Part shown: positions 12,844 to 23,873 of the stretch, in pieces
How positions within the stretch are numbered: the first letter of the stretch is position 1
How the letters are laid out: each line of letters starts with the position of its first letter
Origin: Coniocarpon cinnabarinum
Taxonomy: Eukaryota
Assembly (NCBI GenBank): GCA_051942205.1
Contig: JAVECO010000015.1
Span: 1 to 64,000, forward strand
Length of the DNA stretch: 64,000 bases
Reading direction: 5' to 3'
The notes under the pieces: model-generated
Told to the model about the DNA's origin: nothing
What the model saw: only the letters and a program-made list of their open reading frames with translations
The model's database searches: none
Program-made: the position numbers and the translations under genes

Positions 12844-15585
12844 TCAACCGACTGAGAAGGATACGGAGCCTGGTATAGGTACTACGAACCCTCCTAACGC
12901 TGACTGCGAGCCCGGCATCGTCAGTTGAACACCCTGATCCAGTGTACTTTCATACATCATGTTTGCAGACCTCGCCATTGACCCATCGATGGAATCAAGC
13001 TGAAACGTCGCTGTCTTGCTGGAGGGCGTATACGTGACGTTTGAGACCACGCCGGCATCAAACGTGGCCCAAAGTCCCATCGATGCCACGTACACCCGCC
13101 TCCGTACGGCGTCGCGAGGTTCGACAACGACTCCGTCGTCGAGCTGATGGAGATTGCCTCCAAAGCTTACCCAGCCGTAGTCAGCTGATTCAACCAGATA
13201 GGTTGCAGCGCCCAGAATGTTGCCCATGTAATTGAGTCCATAGTCCGCGGAGTAAGCCTCCCATGCTAACGTCTCGGGATACGAGTGAAACGCTTGCGAG
13301 CCGAAACCATCTTGGTTGATGTTGCTGAGAGGTCCCATGTGTCCGCCGTATGCCACGCGAAGATCGTATATTGATGTTGAACTCCCCGGATCTGCGAGAT
13401 ATTTGAAATTGTCGAGCAATGGCAAGGCGTTGAGCCCAGATCCATAGTGATGAATCATCCGCTCAATGCGTGCAAGCTTGCCTGCGAACACGAAATCCCA
13501 ATAGCGGCGCGCGTTGCCATTCCAACCCCAGTGAGCCACAGTTGGCATATATCCACGAATCGAATTAAGTGTTTTGTCGACGGTTGCATTGTCGCCAAAA
13601 TACCTAGGTAGCGTCAGCGGTACTGCGTTTTGACGGACCCCCGAGGAGCAGTAATCAGCTTACTTTGACCACAGATACACCCCTTCTTGACCAGTCGAAT
13701 CCCACGGCTGCTCACTTCCAAATGGGTCGGCTTGACCAGACCAATACTGCTGCCGGGAACGCATGGCATTCTCGAACCGTGTGGCCTCTGTGGTCATGTT
13801 TTCCGCCTGGAGATCTTGCAACACCTGCAGCCAGACTGTCTCGCACATGAGCCCGTCTTCAATGTAGTCTGCATTCGCAGTAGCGAACAGAACAGTCTGG
13901 GCAGACTGATTGAGATACCAAAGAGGGGATTGCATTGTAAGGATTCCAGGGTTTGCGCGCTCTGCGCGGTACAAAGAATGGTAAATTGTGCTGACGTGGA
14001 CGTAGTTGTAACCCCTTAAGACCTGTCGACTGTAGCTTTGATTCCAAGATGTCCACGATCCCCAGTCAAACGCTGTGCTATAAGGGTAATCTGGAAGTGC
14101 AGCCGGGTCATAGTAGAACAAGCTGCGTTTAACGCCGTAAGTGTTTTCTCCAGTGTTGTATTGCAAAGAGCCCCAAATGGAAGTGTTCACCATCGTTTCT
14201 AGCTTCTCAATCTCCGATGCCACAGGATGCACAGACGACTTCATGGATGCTGCCTCGAACGAGCCAGCGCCACCATCGTCACAGATGCCAGCAATCCAAA
14301 CACGCGAGTCCTGCAAGACCTGGCTGCGAACCTCGTAGTCGTACGAAATGACGGAATAAGCTCTTCCGAAAGGATCAGAAGTATCTGTATACCACTGGTC
14401 GTCAAAGGCAAATTCACCAAGCTTGGCCGACAATTCAAGAGCAGAGTCTGTTACATAGTAGTGCACCGCTTGCACTAAGCCACTCGCATAAGTGATAGTT
14501 GCTCGGACCCGTCCATGAGCCGTGCCGGCCGTGACTCTGTAATTCTGGTACGCCGCATTCGGGACTTCGGCTGGAGTAAATATTAAAGCACCGGCAGGAT
14601 CAACCTCAATCGAACTGATCGTGTCGTTCGTCTTCACTACAAGCCGCGCATCTTGATCGCGTGGTACGATGTAGCCTGGAAAGCCGACTGCAACTGGGAG
14701 GCCAAGTCCAGAGACAGTTGACTCAATGTCGTACACCTGAGAGGATAGCGTGAAACGCAATGCAAATGTGACATGCTGACCCGGCGTGAGTGTAGCTGAA
14801 GTGGGTTCGTTCCAAGGTGTTGTGGCATTCCATTCTTGTTCAGCGTACGCCAGACTTAGCATTTGCCAAACGTAGTTGCCCTCATAAGGGACGGATTGGT
14901 AGGCAAGTGGCGTGTTCGTCGCCTCAAACAAGAAGCGCCAGGCCTCGAACTTTGAATCCTTATTCACAGGAGTGATAACCATGTTAGGACCAGTGCCTGT
15001 AAGCCGTGTCACCTGAACGTAGCCGGCGTCGAGACCCAGGTACGGATCCAAGAAAACACCAGCTTGAATAGCATCTTCAGGCTCTCTATTAGTGAGAACA
15101 TTGTTCATCTCGAGAGGAAAGCCAAATGATCCAATCTCCACAGCATCATCACCAACATTAGTCAAAGTGGCTTGAAGCACCAAGTCACCCCGATCATCCT
15201 GGATCCAGTCTCTGGTAACATTCAGGGAAGATGCAGCTTCAGTGAAAACGTTATTGAAATCGGAATGGAGCAGCGCATTGGAGGTATGAGAATTCACCGG
15301 ACTTGTTGCGCGGGACGCGGCGCTGTCCGCCTCCTGCCATGCTGTCTGACCTTGAAGTCGCCAGCGGAAGCTCAAATCTCCAGTGTGGTAGTTGGAAGAG
15401 GCATTGCGCTGCGAAAAGACACTTTCTCCGAGCGAGAAATCAAAAGGATCCGAGCTGGAGACCAGAGAGTACAAGACACCAGAGCCACCAGAAAAAGTTC
15501 CTTGCCAGTTGCCAGTCGTAAAGTTCTGAGAGGCCGCTTGCGTCAACACGTTAGCCAAGCCGAAGAGAAAGACAGCCAACATCAT
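12844..15585 (-). CDS. Secreted putative glycoside hydrolase, DUF5695-like (~893 aa, 2 exons)
   Basis: Signal peptide; motifs PFGSEQPWDSTGQEGVY, HWGWNGNARRYWDF, IERMIHHYGSGLNALPL, AFHSYP..L.W..YSADYG, recalled as typical of DUF5695 proteins. Intron 13604-13663 joins the ORFs in frame. Confidence 0.8.
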
Positions 15586-16148
15586 TGCACACGCAGCTAC
15601 CGGTGCGTAGCGACTTACAGGCCAAGGTCTTGTGACGCCTTCGAGATCTTATATAGATTTAGTGACCTCTCCACACCCAGGTCCAAAACTCGGGTACGAG
15701 GGATGTGGACGTGACATCTGGGGAAGTCCAATGCCGATAGCAAAAGTCAGCAAAGTCTGAGGCGCGTGGACCAATGACAATCGACCAAGGACTGGATGGT
15801 GGTTGGGGATTTTAAGCAGGTCATCGTGAATCTGTGTGGAGTCGAGCGTGGAGCGGGGTTAGGATCGACCAGAGAGAAAGAACCTGGCACCTGGCAATCA
15901 CATGCACATGGCGTCGGCACAGTGTTTCTCCGAATCTTTATTTGAGATCTTGCTCCTCGCCTTCCCCTTGCTAATATCGTCGTTGCCTGGTCCAGGCAAC
16001 AACATCCACAGCTCAGGACGGCCTCCGAGGTCAACGTAAAAGAGGAAGCGATATTGCTGAAGAAGGCCTCAGGGGGTTCCAATTTGCGCCACCACGCCTA
16101 TCATCTCACAGACTCCTCTGAGGTTGGACGTCTCTAATTACTTTAGGC

Positions 16149-16667
16149 TCATTTGCCGAGGGCCTCATTGTGCTGTCGGATCTCGTCCTCTGTCATCTCA
16201 TGTCCAAGCACCGGGTCCTCGTGACGCACACCCATTTGCAAGCCTTCCGCATGCTCCCGCGCCGCTCTGCTACCCATTGGTCTGCCGAGAAGGTCTTTGC
16301 CGGTTCTCGTGCCTTCAAATTGCCGCGTATTAGAAGGGTGATTATCCTCAGCCCACTTCACAGCACCATCAATATGAATCTCTTTTTTCGCATAAACATT
16401 CTGGCGACCAGTCCTTTCCCGAAAGAATTGGACTTTGTCTCCGGGTCTGTCTCCATTCATTAGGTTTGGTTCTGGATATCGTCGCCAACGAAAATGTTTA
16501 ACTCACTTGACGTGAGCGCCATTCGGTGTGGCATCACGGTGCAAGATGTCTGGCAACACCAGTTGCTCCTTGATTTCTTCTTTGATGTTCTTCTGATCTT
16601 CTGCACTGACTTTTGACCAGAATTGGTCGAACAGTTGCTTAGTCTCTTCCTTTTTCGATGGATCCAT
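16149..16667 (-). CDS. Small hydrophilic hypothetical protein (152 aa, 2 exons)
   Basis: ATG at 16667 (MDPSKKEETKQLFDQFWSK). Intron 16447-16506 (GTGAGT..CTAAT..CAG) splices in frame into ORF 16149-16460. TATATAAAA lies ~145 bp upstream. Confidence 0.7.
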
Positions 16668-17869
16668 AATCTCTGTCCAGTTACGCTATCGATTCGCGCT
16701 CACTGTTACGTAAAGTAATGTAACGAGAAAAGTTTTACCCCTCGGTAACGTGTGGTGAACGACAGTTGCCTTTGATGATGTGAGAAGGGTCGAATGGGTC
16801 TTCATTGCATTTTATATACGCTCAATAGAGAATTACAATGTCTGCAGGGAACAAATGGCAGGACCGCACGAAAATGGACACCTCGCACTCTTCAGGATTC
16901 TTGATAAGCGTGAAGTATAGTTTTCAGATACGTCATAAGAAATCCTACATCAATAAGGATCAACCGTCTGTTTAGGCGAGGAGTTTAGGCGAGGAGCAGG
17001 CTTATGCAAGGTGTCCTCCTCACGTCAAAAATCAGCGTTTGATACTGAGACATGGCCCATATGAAATGGTCCATGCATTCGAGCTGTACTTCTCTCGCTC
17101 CAAGGTCGTCGGAGAAGCGCAAATCGCCACAGACAATGCATAAAGAGTACATTTGCCTCGATTCACGGGCCAGACATGGTCTGTTAACAGCTTATTGACA
17201 GTTACCACCTTGCCAAAAGATGATGAAGAAGGCAATTGGGCAAGGTCAAGGTTTTTGAGCGAAGTCATCCAGGGGTTCCCTCAGGGCTCGAATACGGCGC
17301 ACTAGAAGGAAGACGTCGTTATAGTTCGCGACGGAACACACACGCCGTCACAATGTTCAGTCTTTCGGTGAGACGAAGCGATGTAGCACGTGGCCGTGCG
17401 CGGGCACAGCATCTCGGCGCAAGTCAACGGTAGTCGGACACATAAAGCCGCACACACAGCACGGTATGTGGTCTGTGACGCCTTGATGTATGTTACGTGG
17501 CCACTTCTGATTGTTTGAAGAGGGCCGTGGCCTCACTAACCAATTTGTACAGTTTGTACAACATGTAGTAAGCAGTGAAGCGAGTGGAAGACTAGGCCGC
17601 ACCATGTTACACTAGCTTCATCTCTGCCGCGCTTTCTCAGAAGCCCATGTGATTACGGAATCCTACAAGATATCATTTGCGTGCTAGATGCATTTGGTAT
17701 CAGCTCGGGCCGAACTGGCTGACGCTCTACCACCAAGTAAGGCGGCAAAACGGGTTTTAGAAGAACGCCACGACGAGGCTGAAGATTCTGGAAGAAGGCT
17801 AGGTAGGTATATCCAACAAGTGTGTTATGGTCCTGTATTCGAGAGCTTCTCAGCGAGCCTAGCACCTAT

Positions 17870-18365
17870 CTACACTACGAGAGATTCAACTAAAAGTATG
17901 ATTCACGTATCTAGCCTAGATGTTATATAAATATGTAGAAATCTTACTAGTATTATAATAAAATATATATTAGTATATTCAGATAATCTAGCTAGCTAAT
18001 AAGCTTATTTATATATATTAATATAGTATATATTAATATTTAGCTAGAACTTTAATTTATTTATTAAAAATGTTTATTTTAAGAATACTATCTTAAAACT
18101 TTAATATTAATAAAATATATTTTAAAAAGTATTTCTATTTTATATTAGTATTATATAATATTTTAATAGTATAAGATTAAGTCATATTTTTTAAAACGTA
18201 GAGATCTTAGAAAATATTTATAAAAGTAAAAGATAAATTTCTTTTAATATGTTAAATAAGATAGAATATTAATATTTAATCAAAAATTAGCTATTTTATT
18301 TAATATTTATTATACAAGTTAAAGTTACTTTATAATTACTATAAATTATTGAAAAACAAAGGCTT
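17870..18365. other. AT-rich island (probable RIP-degraded repeat relic)
   Basis: About 0.5 kb almost devoid of G/C, TpA-rich, with a graded left flank. No terminal repeats or domain recognised. Confidence 0.7.
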
Positions 18366-18371
18366 TTTACT

Positions 18372-19484
18372 ATGCCTATGTCTTTAAACGGCGTCACTCC
18401 AAGGGTACGTTTTACGCGTAATACTTTTTATTTGCTGTCCTATCCTTACACTTCCTTTAACCTCTAGAGTGGTTCCGCGGTATCTGTAGTGCCTGTCTAC
18501 AATGACAGCGACTTCCAAGGCTTGGACTTGCAAAAGCCCGATGGACTGTCATCAACGTTACCGCATAGCGTGCTGACTGCGACAAGTCGTCCACTTCCAC
18601 ATGTAGCACGAGCACTGTCAACGCTCTCGCCTACCTATGGAACAACGTACATTTGCAATTCAGTCACTGACCCTCTCACCAATCTCGAACACTACGTGAT
18701 TCGAGACAGCGCTGGACGAGTTAGCACTGTGCCAACATCTGCTATTTTGAGACACGTCTCAGCTGCTGAATTGGAGCGTTTTGATTGCAAACAAGCCGAG
18801 CTGCGAGCTGAAGAAGAGGAGATCGGTCGGCGCGCCCTCATAGCAAATCATACCGAGAAGAGGCGGCCAGGTCGACCACCTAAGAGGGAGCATTATGAGG
18901 ATACGGAAGATAGTCGTAAAGACTGCGGTAATACTTGTATCAGCTCCAGCAGATTCGCCTCCAATGACACTACAACGCCTGCAAGTCACACGTCCCATCT
19001 GGCAGACCTAACCGAGAAACATGAACTCGCGCGTGATAGTCAGACATTTGCGCTGAAGAAAAACAGTCCCTCTGTGCCCTCGGGAGGCAATCATGGAGAG
19101 CGAACCAATAAGCGCGCCAGATTCCCCTCGGCGATCACAGTGTCTAAGCAGTATTGTAGCGACCTGAGCCACAACAAGCTTCCCCCGAACAGCATTCATC
19201 AGGATTTGAAACCCTCACCGAGGAGCTCAGAATTTTCTGCACCAGACAGCAGCTCGCACAGACAACTCTCGGAGAGTCCTGATCAAGCAATAGATGATGA
19301 AGTGTATGAGGTCGAAGCAATACAAAGTGATCATGTCATAGATGGGAAACAGTACTACATTACTAAATGGGTAGGGTACGACGATACCACCGAAGAGCCG
19401 GCAGAAAACCTTTCCAGCGCCCAAGATGTCTTGCGGGAATATTGGTTCCGAAGATCGAGGAGTGAATACGCGGTGAGAAGTTGA
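18372..19484 (+). CDS. Chromodomain plus AT-hook protein (CDP-2-like candidate)
   Basis: C-terminal chromodomain YEVEAI...YYITKWVGYDDTTEEPAENL; AT-hook RRPGRPPKR; motif ILRHVSAAELERFD. Putative exon 1 18372-18404 and intron 18405-18467 (GTACGT..TAG) are in frame with ORF 18489-19484. Confidence 0.8.
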
Positions 19485-19744
19485 CAGTCATTTCTCAATT
19501 GGCATTCTTTATTCAGCCCCTTCTGGTTGTTTGGAACCCACTCGCTAATGACGCGCATGCCATCTGCCTGTTTGAACATGTGCTTGCTTGAGTTGCATAG
19601 TTGAGGTCAGCCATGAAATGGAAGAGTCAATCGAAAAAGATAAATAAATGAACACCTAACGCTTCATTTGTCATTCTTCATTGGTCAATCACCAGCACTC
19701 TAGTATATCATGGAGAGAATTCGGTTCGTTTGTGTCAGCATGTC

Positions 19745-21288
19745 TTAAAATTCGGGCCACGATCCATCTACTTCCCTGCGCCACGCTTGCCAGCCTCCTT
19801 TGACATCCCTGATTTTACATTGCATTTGCTCTTCCAGACCTATGCTCTTGAGCTTGCGCACAGCGAGTTGCGAATCGTTGCCTAATCGGCAAAGCATGAA
19901 CACGTTCTCCACCCCTTCAACTTTATCATCCAGCAAGCCGGTCAAGTCTTGACGCCCGTTTAGGATAGAGTACGGGATGTTCAAACTTCCTGGTAAGTGA
20001 TATACGTCGAAATGAGCTTGTTCACGCAAATCAATTAGCAAGCTGTTCGTTTTCCCATCTCTTTGCTTCACCAGCTCAGACGGTGTTACTCGTTCGTAAT
20101 CTTGGAGCAGTGAAACCACATCTTCCGCGCCGCAGAGCTGGGCATACTCTGCAGTGTTATTTTGTACAGACGCGAAGGAGATGGTAGCTTCATGCGAGCA
20201 TGCGTGACAGCGCTTGCGCCGACCTCGCAACTTAATAGTGCGGAAAGGTGCTGAATCAAATGCGCTATAGACTAGCATCGAAGCCTGGCATGGCTCGCGG
20301 GACTCAGCCCCATTGTCTGCACTGGTGATGCCCTTGGTGACAATCTTAATGGCTTCTAAAGCTTGCATCAGGCCCATCAACCCGACAACAGGTCCCAAGA
20401 TTCCGCCCTCCCCACAACTCATGACAGTCTCTCGTGCTGGAGGTGAGGGAAAGACGCAGCGATAGCAAGGTCCAGCAGCTTCAACTCCAGGCCTACCGAC
20501 GGGGTAATTGAGGACAAGAAGCTGGCCTTCGGTTCCCAGTGCTGATGCTGAGATCAACGGCTTCTCTAGCAAAACTGCGACATCGGATATCAGGTATCGA
20601 GAGCTTGGTGTGTCTGTACAGTCCAGGATCATATCATAATCTTTCAAGATGTTGCGAGCGTTCAAAGGTGTCAAGTGCTCCGAGTAAGCTTCGCAGTGAA
20701 CGAATGGATTCAGACTACAGAACTTCTCAGTACGGATTTCTACAAGCTTGAGTTCCGACCATACGCATTCACATAGCTCCTCACACTCTCGGCTTTGGAA
20801 CAGCCCAGCTGCTGGGTCGTGTAGAGAATTTGACGATGCAGATTTGAATCTTCCACCACGTCGCCATCAACGATGCCCAGTCTACCAATGCCAGCACCCG
20901 CCAGATATGCTGCAGAAGGGCAACCAAGGCCACCGGCGCCAACAATTAATATAGAGCTTGACTTCAGTCGAAGCTGACCTATATTTTGCGGGATTAGTGA
21001 GATAGCTGTGTCAGTCGTCAACAAGCTTTGTGACGTACCTTGAAGACCAATTTGAGATAATATAAGCTGCCTCCCATAGCGCCTGTACTCGTCCAGTTGC
21101 AACGGGAGGTTGCTATCGTCCCTGGCCGGATCGATGTTATGCATTGTATTTTTACCATCGGACTCGTTCATCTCAGGATGACTGTAGCTGCGTTTGAGAT
21201 CTTGCAATTCATTTTTCGCAGCTTCAAGTTGAACCTCTAATTCACGTACACGCGAACGTAAATTGCACGTGCCTTCGTCATACGCCAT
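19745..21288 (-). CDS. UBA4: Adenylyltransferase/sulfurtransferase Uba4/MOCS3 (ThiF plus rhodanese)
   Basis: [41 protein letters not shown], rhodanese CRLGNDSQ. Introns 20979-21038 and 20715-20764. Confidence 0.95.
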
Positions 21289-21554
21289 CACTGATACGTC
21301 ACCTTGGTCTTTGAGGCTCGCAATTATAGAAGGCTATCATGGCTAGTGCAGTTGTGTCCAGACGCACAGGCAAACATTGTCACGCGAGCGAACCTTTCAA
21401 CGCGGCGTACGTTTCATTTCAAACAAGAGTCAGGTAGATTCAGCGATATGCGCCTCGATATGAGCACGTAAGCTACCCTGCCAGTAAGCGGCTATTTCTT
21501 TCTCAGTCCATCTTCATTCTCTCCTCACTACACTTCAGTGCGCGTGCAACAATC

Positions 21555-22067
21555 ATGGCGCCAATTCGCTCACGAGCAAGATCTCGCGCCGTGAACGCAG
21601 GGCGCAAGGCTGGCTCAATGAATAACAAACTTGATGTTGCTGACCGCATCCCGGAATCTAAAAGCGACAAACGCCGAATAAAGCATTCTCTTCTTGTGGC
21701 CAAAGCTCAAGCATCTGCCCGCGTCCAAAAGCCGGCGTTGAAGCGGCGGCGTCCTGCAAAGAAGCTTCGAGCGGCCGAAAGTCTTGAAAATCTCGTGGCA
21801 AGTCTGCCTGAAGTTGCAAAAGAGCAATTGGGGGATATACAGAATGGCAAACGCAGTAATAGTGGGACAAGTGGTGGAGCACTGGCAAGCAAGCCAGGAG
21901 TGCAGAAACGCCGAGATGCCATCACACGTCAAGAGCAGGAACGCTTCTCTAAGAATCTCGCGAACATCAACACTCAATCCAAGTCTCGAGGGACTGACAA
22001 GGGAACTAGCCACTGGCTCGCTCTCAGACAACATGTGAGCAGAGCTATGCAACCGGATGCTTCGTGA
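21555..22067 (+). CDS. SLX9: Ribosome biogenesis protein Slx9-like
   Basis: Basic 170-aa protein with KSDKRRIKHS, KRRRPAKKL..LENLVASLPE, EQERF..NLA and W.ALRQHV, matching the Slx9/FAM207A pattern. Divergent from UBA4. Confidence 0.8.
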   Translation: MAPIRSRARSRAVNAGRKAGSMNNKLDVADRIPESKSDKRRIKHSLLVAKAQASARVQKPALKRRRPAKKLRAAESLENLVASLPEVAKEQLGDIQNGKRSNSGTSGGALASKPGVQKRRDAITRQEQERFSKNLANINTQSKSRGTDKGTSHWLALRQHVSRAMQPDAS

Positions 22068-22703
22068 GTCACTGGACTGCTGGACGACAATTTTTGCGGC
22101 TTGAAGACCTCACGTTAGTTACTTATATGAGGTACATTCCACCTCTCAAAAAGCAATACCAAATTAATAGATATCAAGCACGTGCGTACCCATTGCTTCG
22201 AGACTGTAGAAACACCACAAACAATAACATTCTCGAAAGAAGACGTCTGGGGCCCTTTGTACTAGAACGTGATTATTGGGAAAGAACCTGTGCTCGGAGC
22301 AGATCACAGGCGGGGCACATGAAGAGCAATGGACGCATTCAAAGGCAAGCGTTCCGTAGAGTAGAACTGGAGGCGTCCAGGCGCGTGGCATGCCAGTGGG
22401 CTTCCTTCAGAGATAAGACTGAGTAGCATGGGAGAAATGTGCAGAGGATGGATTGTCGCTCCCCTGCATCTTGCAGTGAAATGGTCGTAAGCGATCGAGT
22501 GTACGAAACGATGTATAAATTCCATCTCAAGTCCAACGAATGCAAATATAGGCAAAGATCAAGATCACGTGACCGACCTGACAAACATCCGTCGTCTTCT
22601 GTCCACTTATCTTCACGTGAGAGCTTTCGGGCACATCATTGCAAAGACCACCTGTGCACGGAAAGCAATCTCTCGAGCCTCCGCACTTGTGCAGTCAACG
22701 GCA

Positions 22704-23465
22704 ATGCACGCCGCGTGTCTTCGCTCAGCGTCACGGCCTTTGCTCCGTGAAGGCTTCTTCAGTACATCTTTCAGCACACCTTCAGGCTTCTCACGACCAA
22801 GCATTCCTTCTGTACGAGTCCAGCTCCCAGCAGCGCAACGGCATTTTTACGCAGCTCGCCCTTCAGCATTCATTATCGGCATCCCCACTAAGCATATCCC
22901 ACGCTTTGCTCCCACCTCGACGCGCTTCTCTCTCCAGACTCACACCCGCCATGAATCCACGTCGACCGCTCCAGCTTCCGCAGCGGCGGCTCCCGTATCC
23001 TCTTCCGAACCTCCCACCTCCCTGACCTGGAACGACTTCTTCCGGTTACGTCAACGGCGCCGCTACATTAATGTCGGCGCTTCTGCTCTCACGGCTTCAG
23101 CCTCCTTGATCACGGGCGTGGGTGTCATTGCGGCTCAGGATCTCGAAGCTCTGCAAATCTTCGGTCTTGATCCGATGATTGCGGGCGGCATCGCATGCCT
23201 CGTCTGCGCCGGCGCCGGCTGGTTGATGGGACCATTGCTGGGCACAGTGGTGTTTCGATTATTCGTAGGACGAATGAGTGAGATGGGTGCGAAAGAGCGA
23301 GACTTCTATGGGCGGATAAGACGTTATCGGGTCGATCCGAGTAACAGCAGTATGCAGAATCCGGTACCAGACTACTATGGAGAGAAGATCACGAGCGTGC
23401 GCGGATATCGACAATGGTTAAAGGATCAGAAGGCGTTTAGGAGGAAGCGGGAGAGTTTGATGTGA
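22704..23465 (+). CDS. PAM17: Mitochondrial presequence translocase motor subunit Pam17
   Basis: Arg/Ser-rich presequence; LTWNDFFRLR, IFGLDP, RVDPS..SMQNPVPDYYGEKI.S...YRQWLKDQ. Confidence 0.93.
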   Translation: MHAACLRSASRPLLREGFFSTSFSTPSGFSRPSIPSVRVQLPAAQRHFYAARPSAFIIGIPTKHIPRFAPTSTRFSLQTHTRHESTSTAPASAAAAPVSSSEPPTSLTWNDFFRLRQRRRYINVGASALTASASLITGVGVIAAQDLEALQIFGLDPMIAGGIACLVCAGAGWLMGPLLGTVVFRLFVGRMSEMGAKERDFYGRIRRYRVDPSNSSMQNPVPDYYGEKITSVRGYRQWLKDQKAFRRKRESLM

Positions 23466-23873
23466 ATCTGTGGCGCGACAAATACAACGAGCAGTTCGAT
23501 CGTAAGACGCACGTGAAGCTCGCCAAGAAGTGGAACGGTGAAGCAAGCGAAAACGAGTCTGAAGCTGTACATTCAAGGATGCTGGGTGGAAGAGCTTGCA
23601 AGTGTGTCTGATTTCAGGGCGGCGAGTTGATGTGTGAAAGGCATAGGCAGCGGCAGGCATAGGCAGCGGAAGGCGTAGGCACATGCAGATGTCAAACAAC
23701 AAAAGTAAGAAAAACAAAACTTACCCATGACGAAAGTCGCATACTTTGTGGAGCAAACAGTGTATGATAGAGACCGAAGATTCCTCGACTCTAATGGCGT
23801 TGCGCTCGCGATTGCACCATCATATGTCTGCAATCTTAGCAGAATCCCCCGCATCGTGAAATGGGCTGGAACC

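Noticed and set aside
16971..17930. Short ORFs and a 13-bp tandem duplication (tttaggcgaggag x2) left of the AT island
   Set aside because: No coherent gene model or domain recognised; may be decayed sequence.
19290..19450. Host chromodomain as a domesticated copy of the nearby Gypsy chromodomain
   Set aside because: No integrase or RT remnants in the gene, and the AT-hook and N-terminal motif fit a cellular chromodomain protein.
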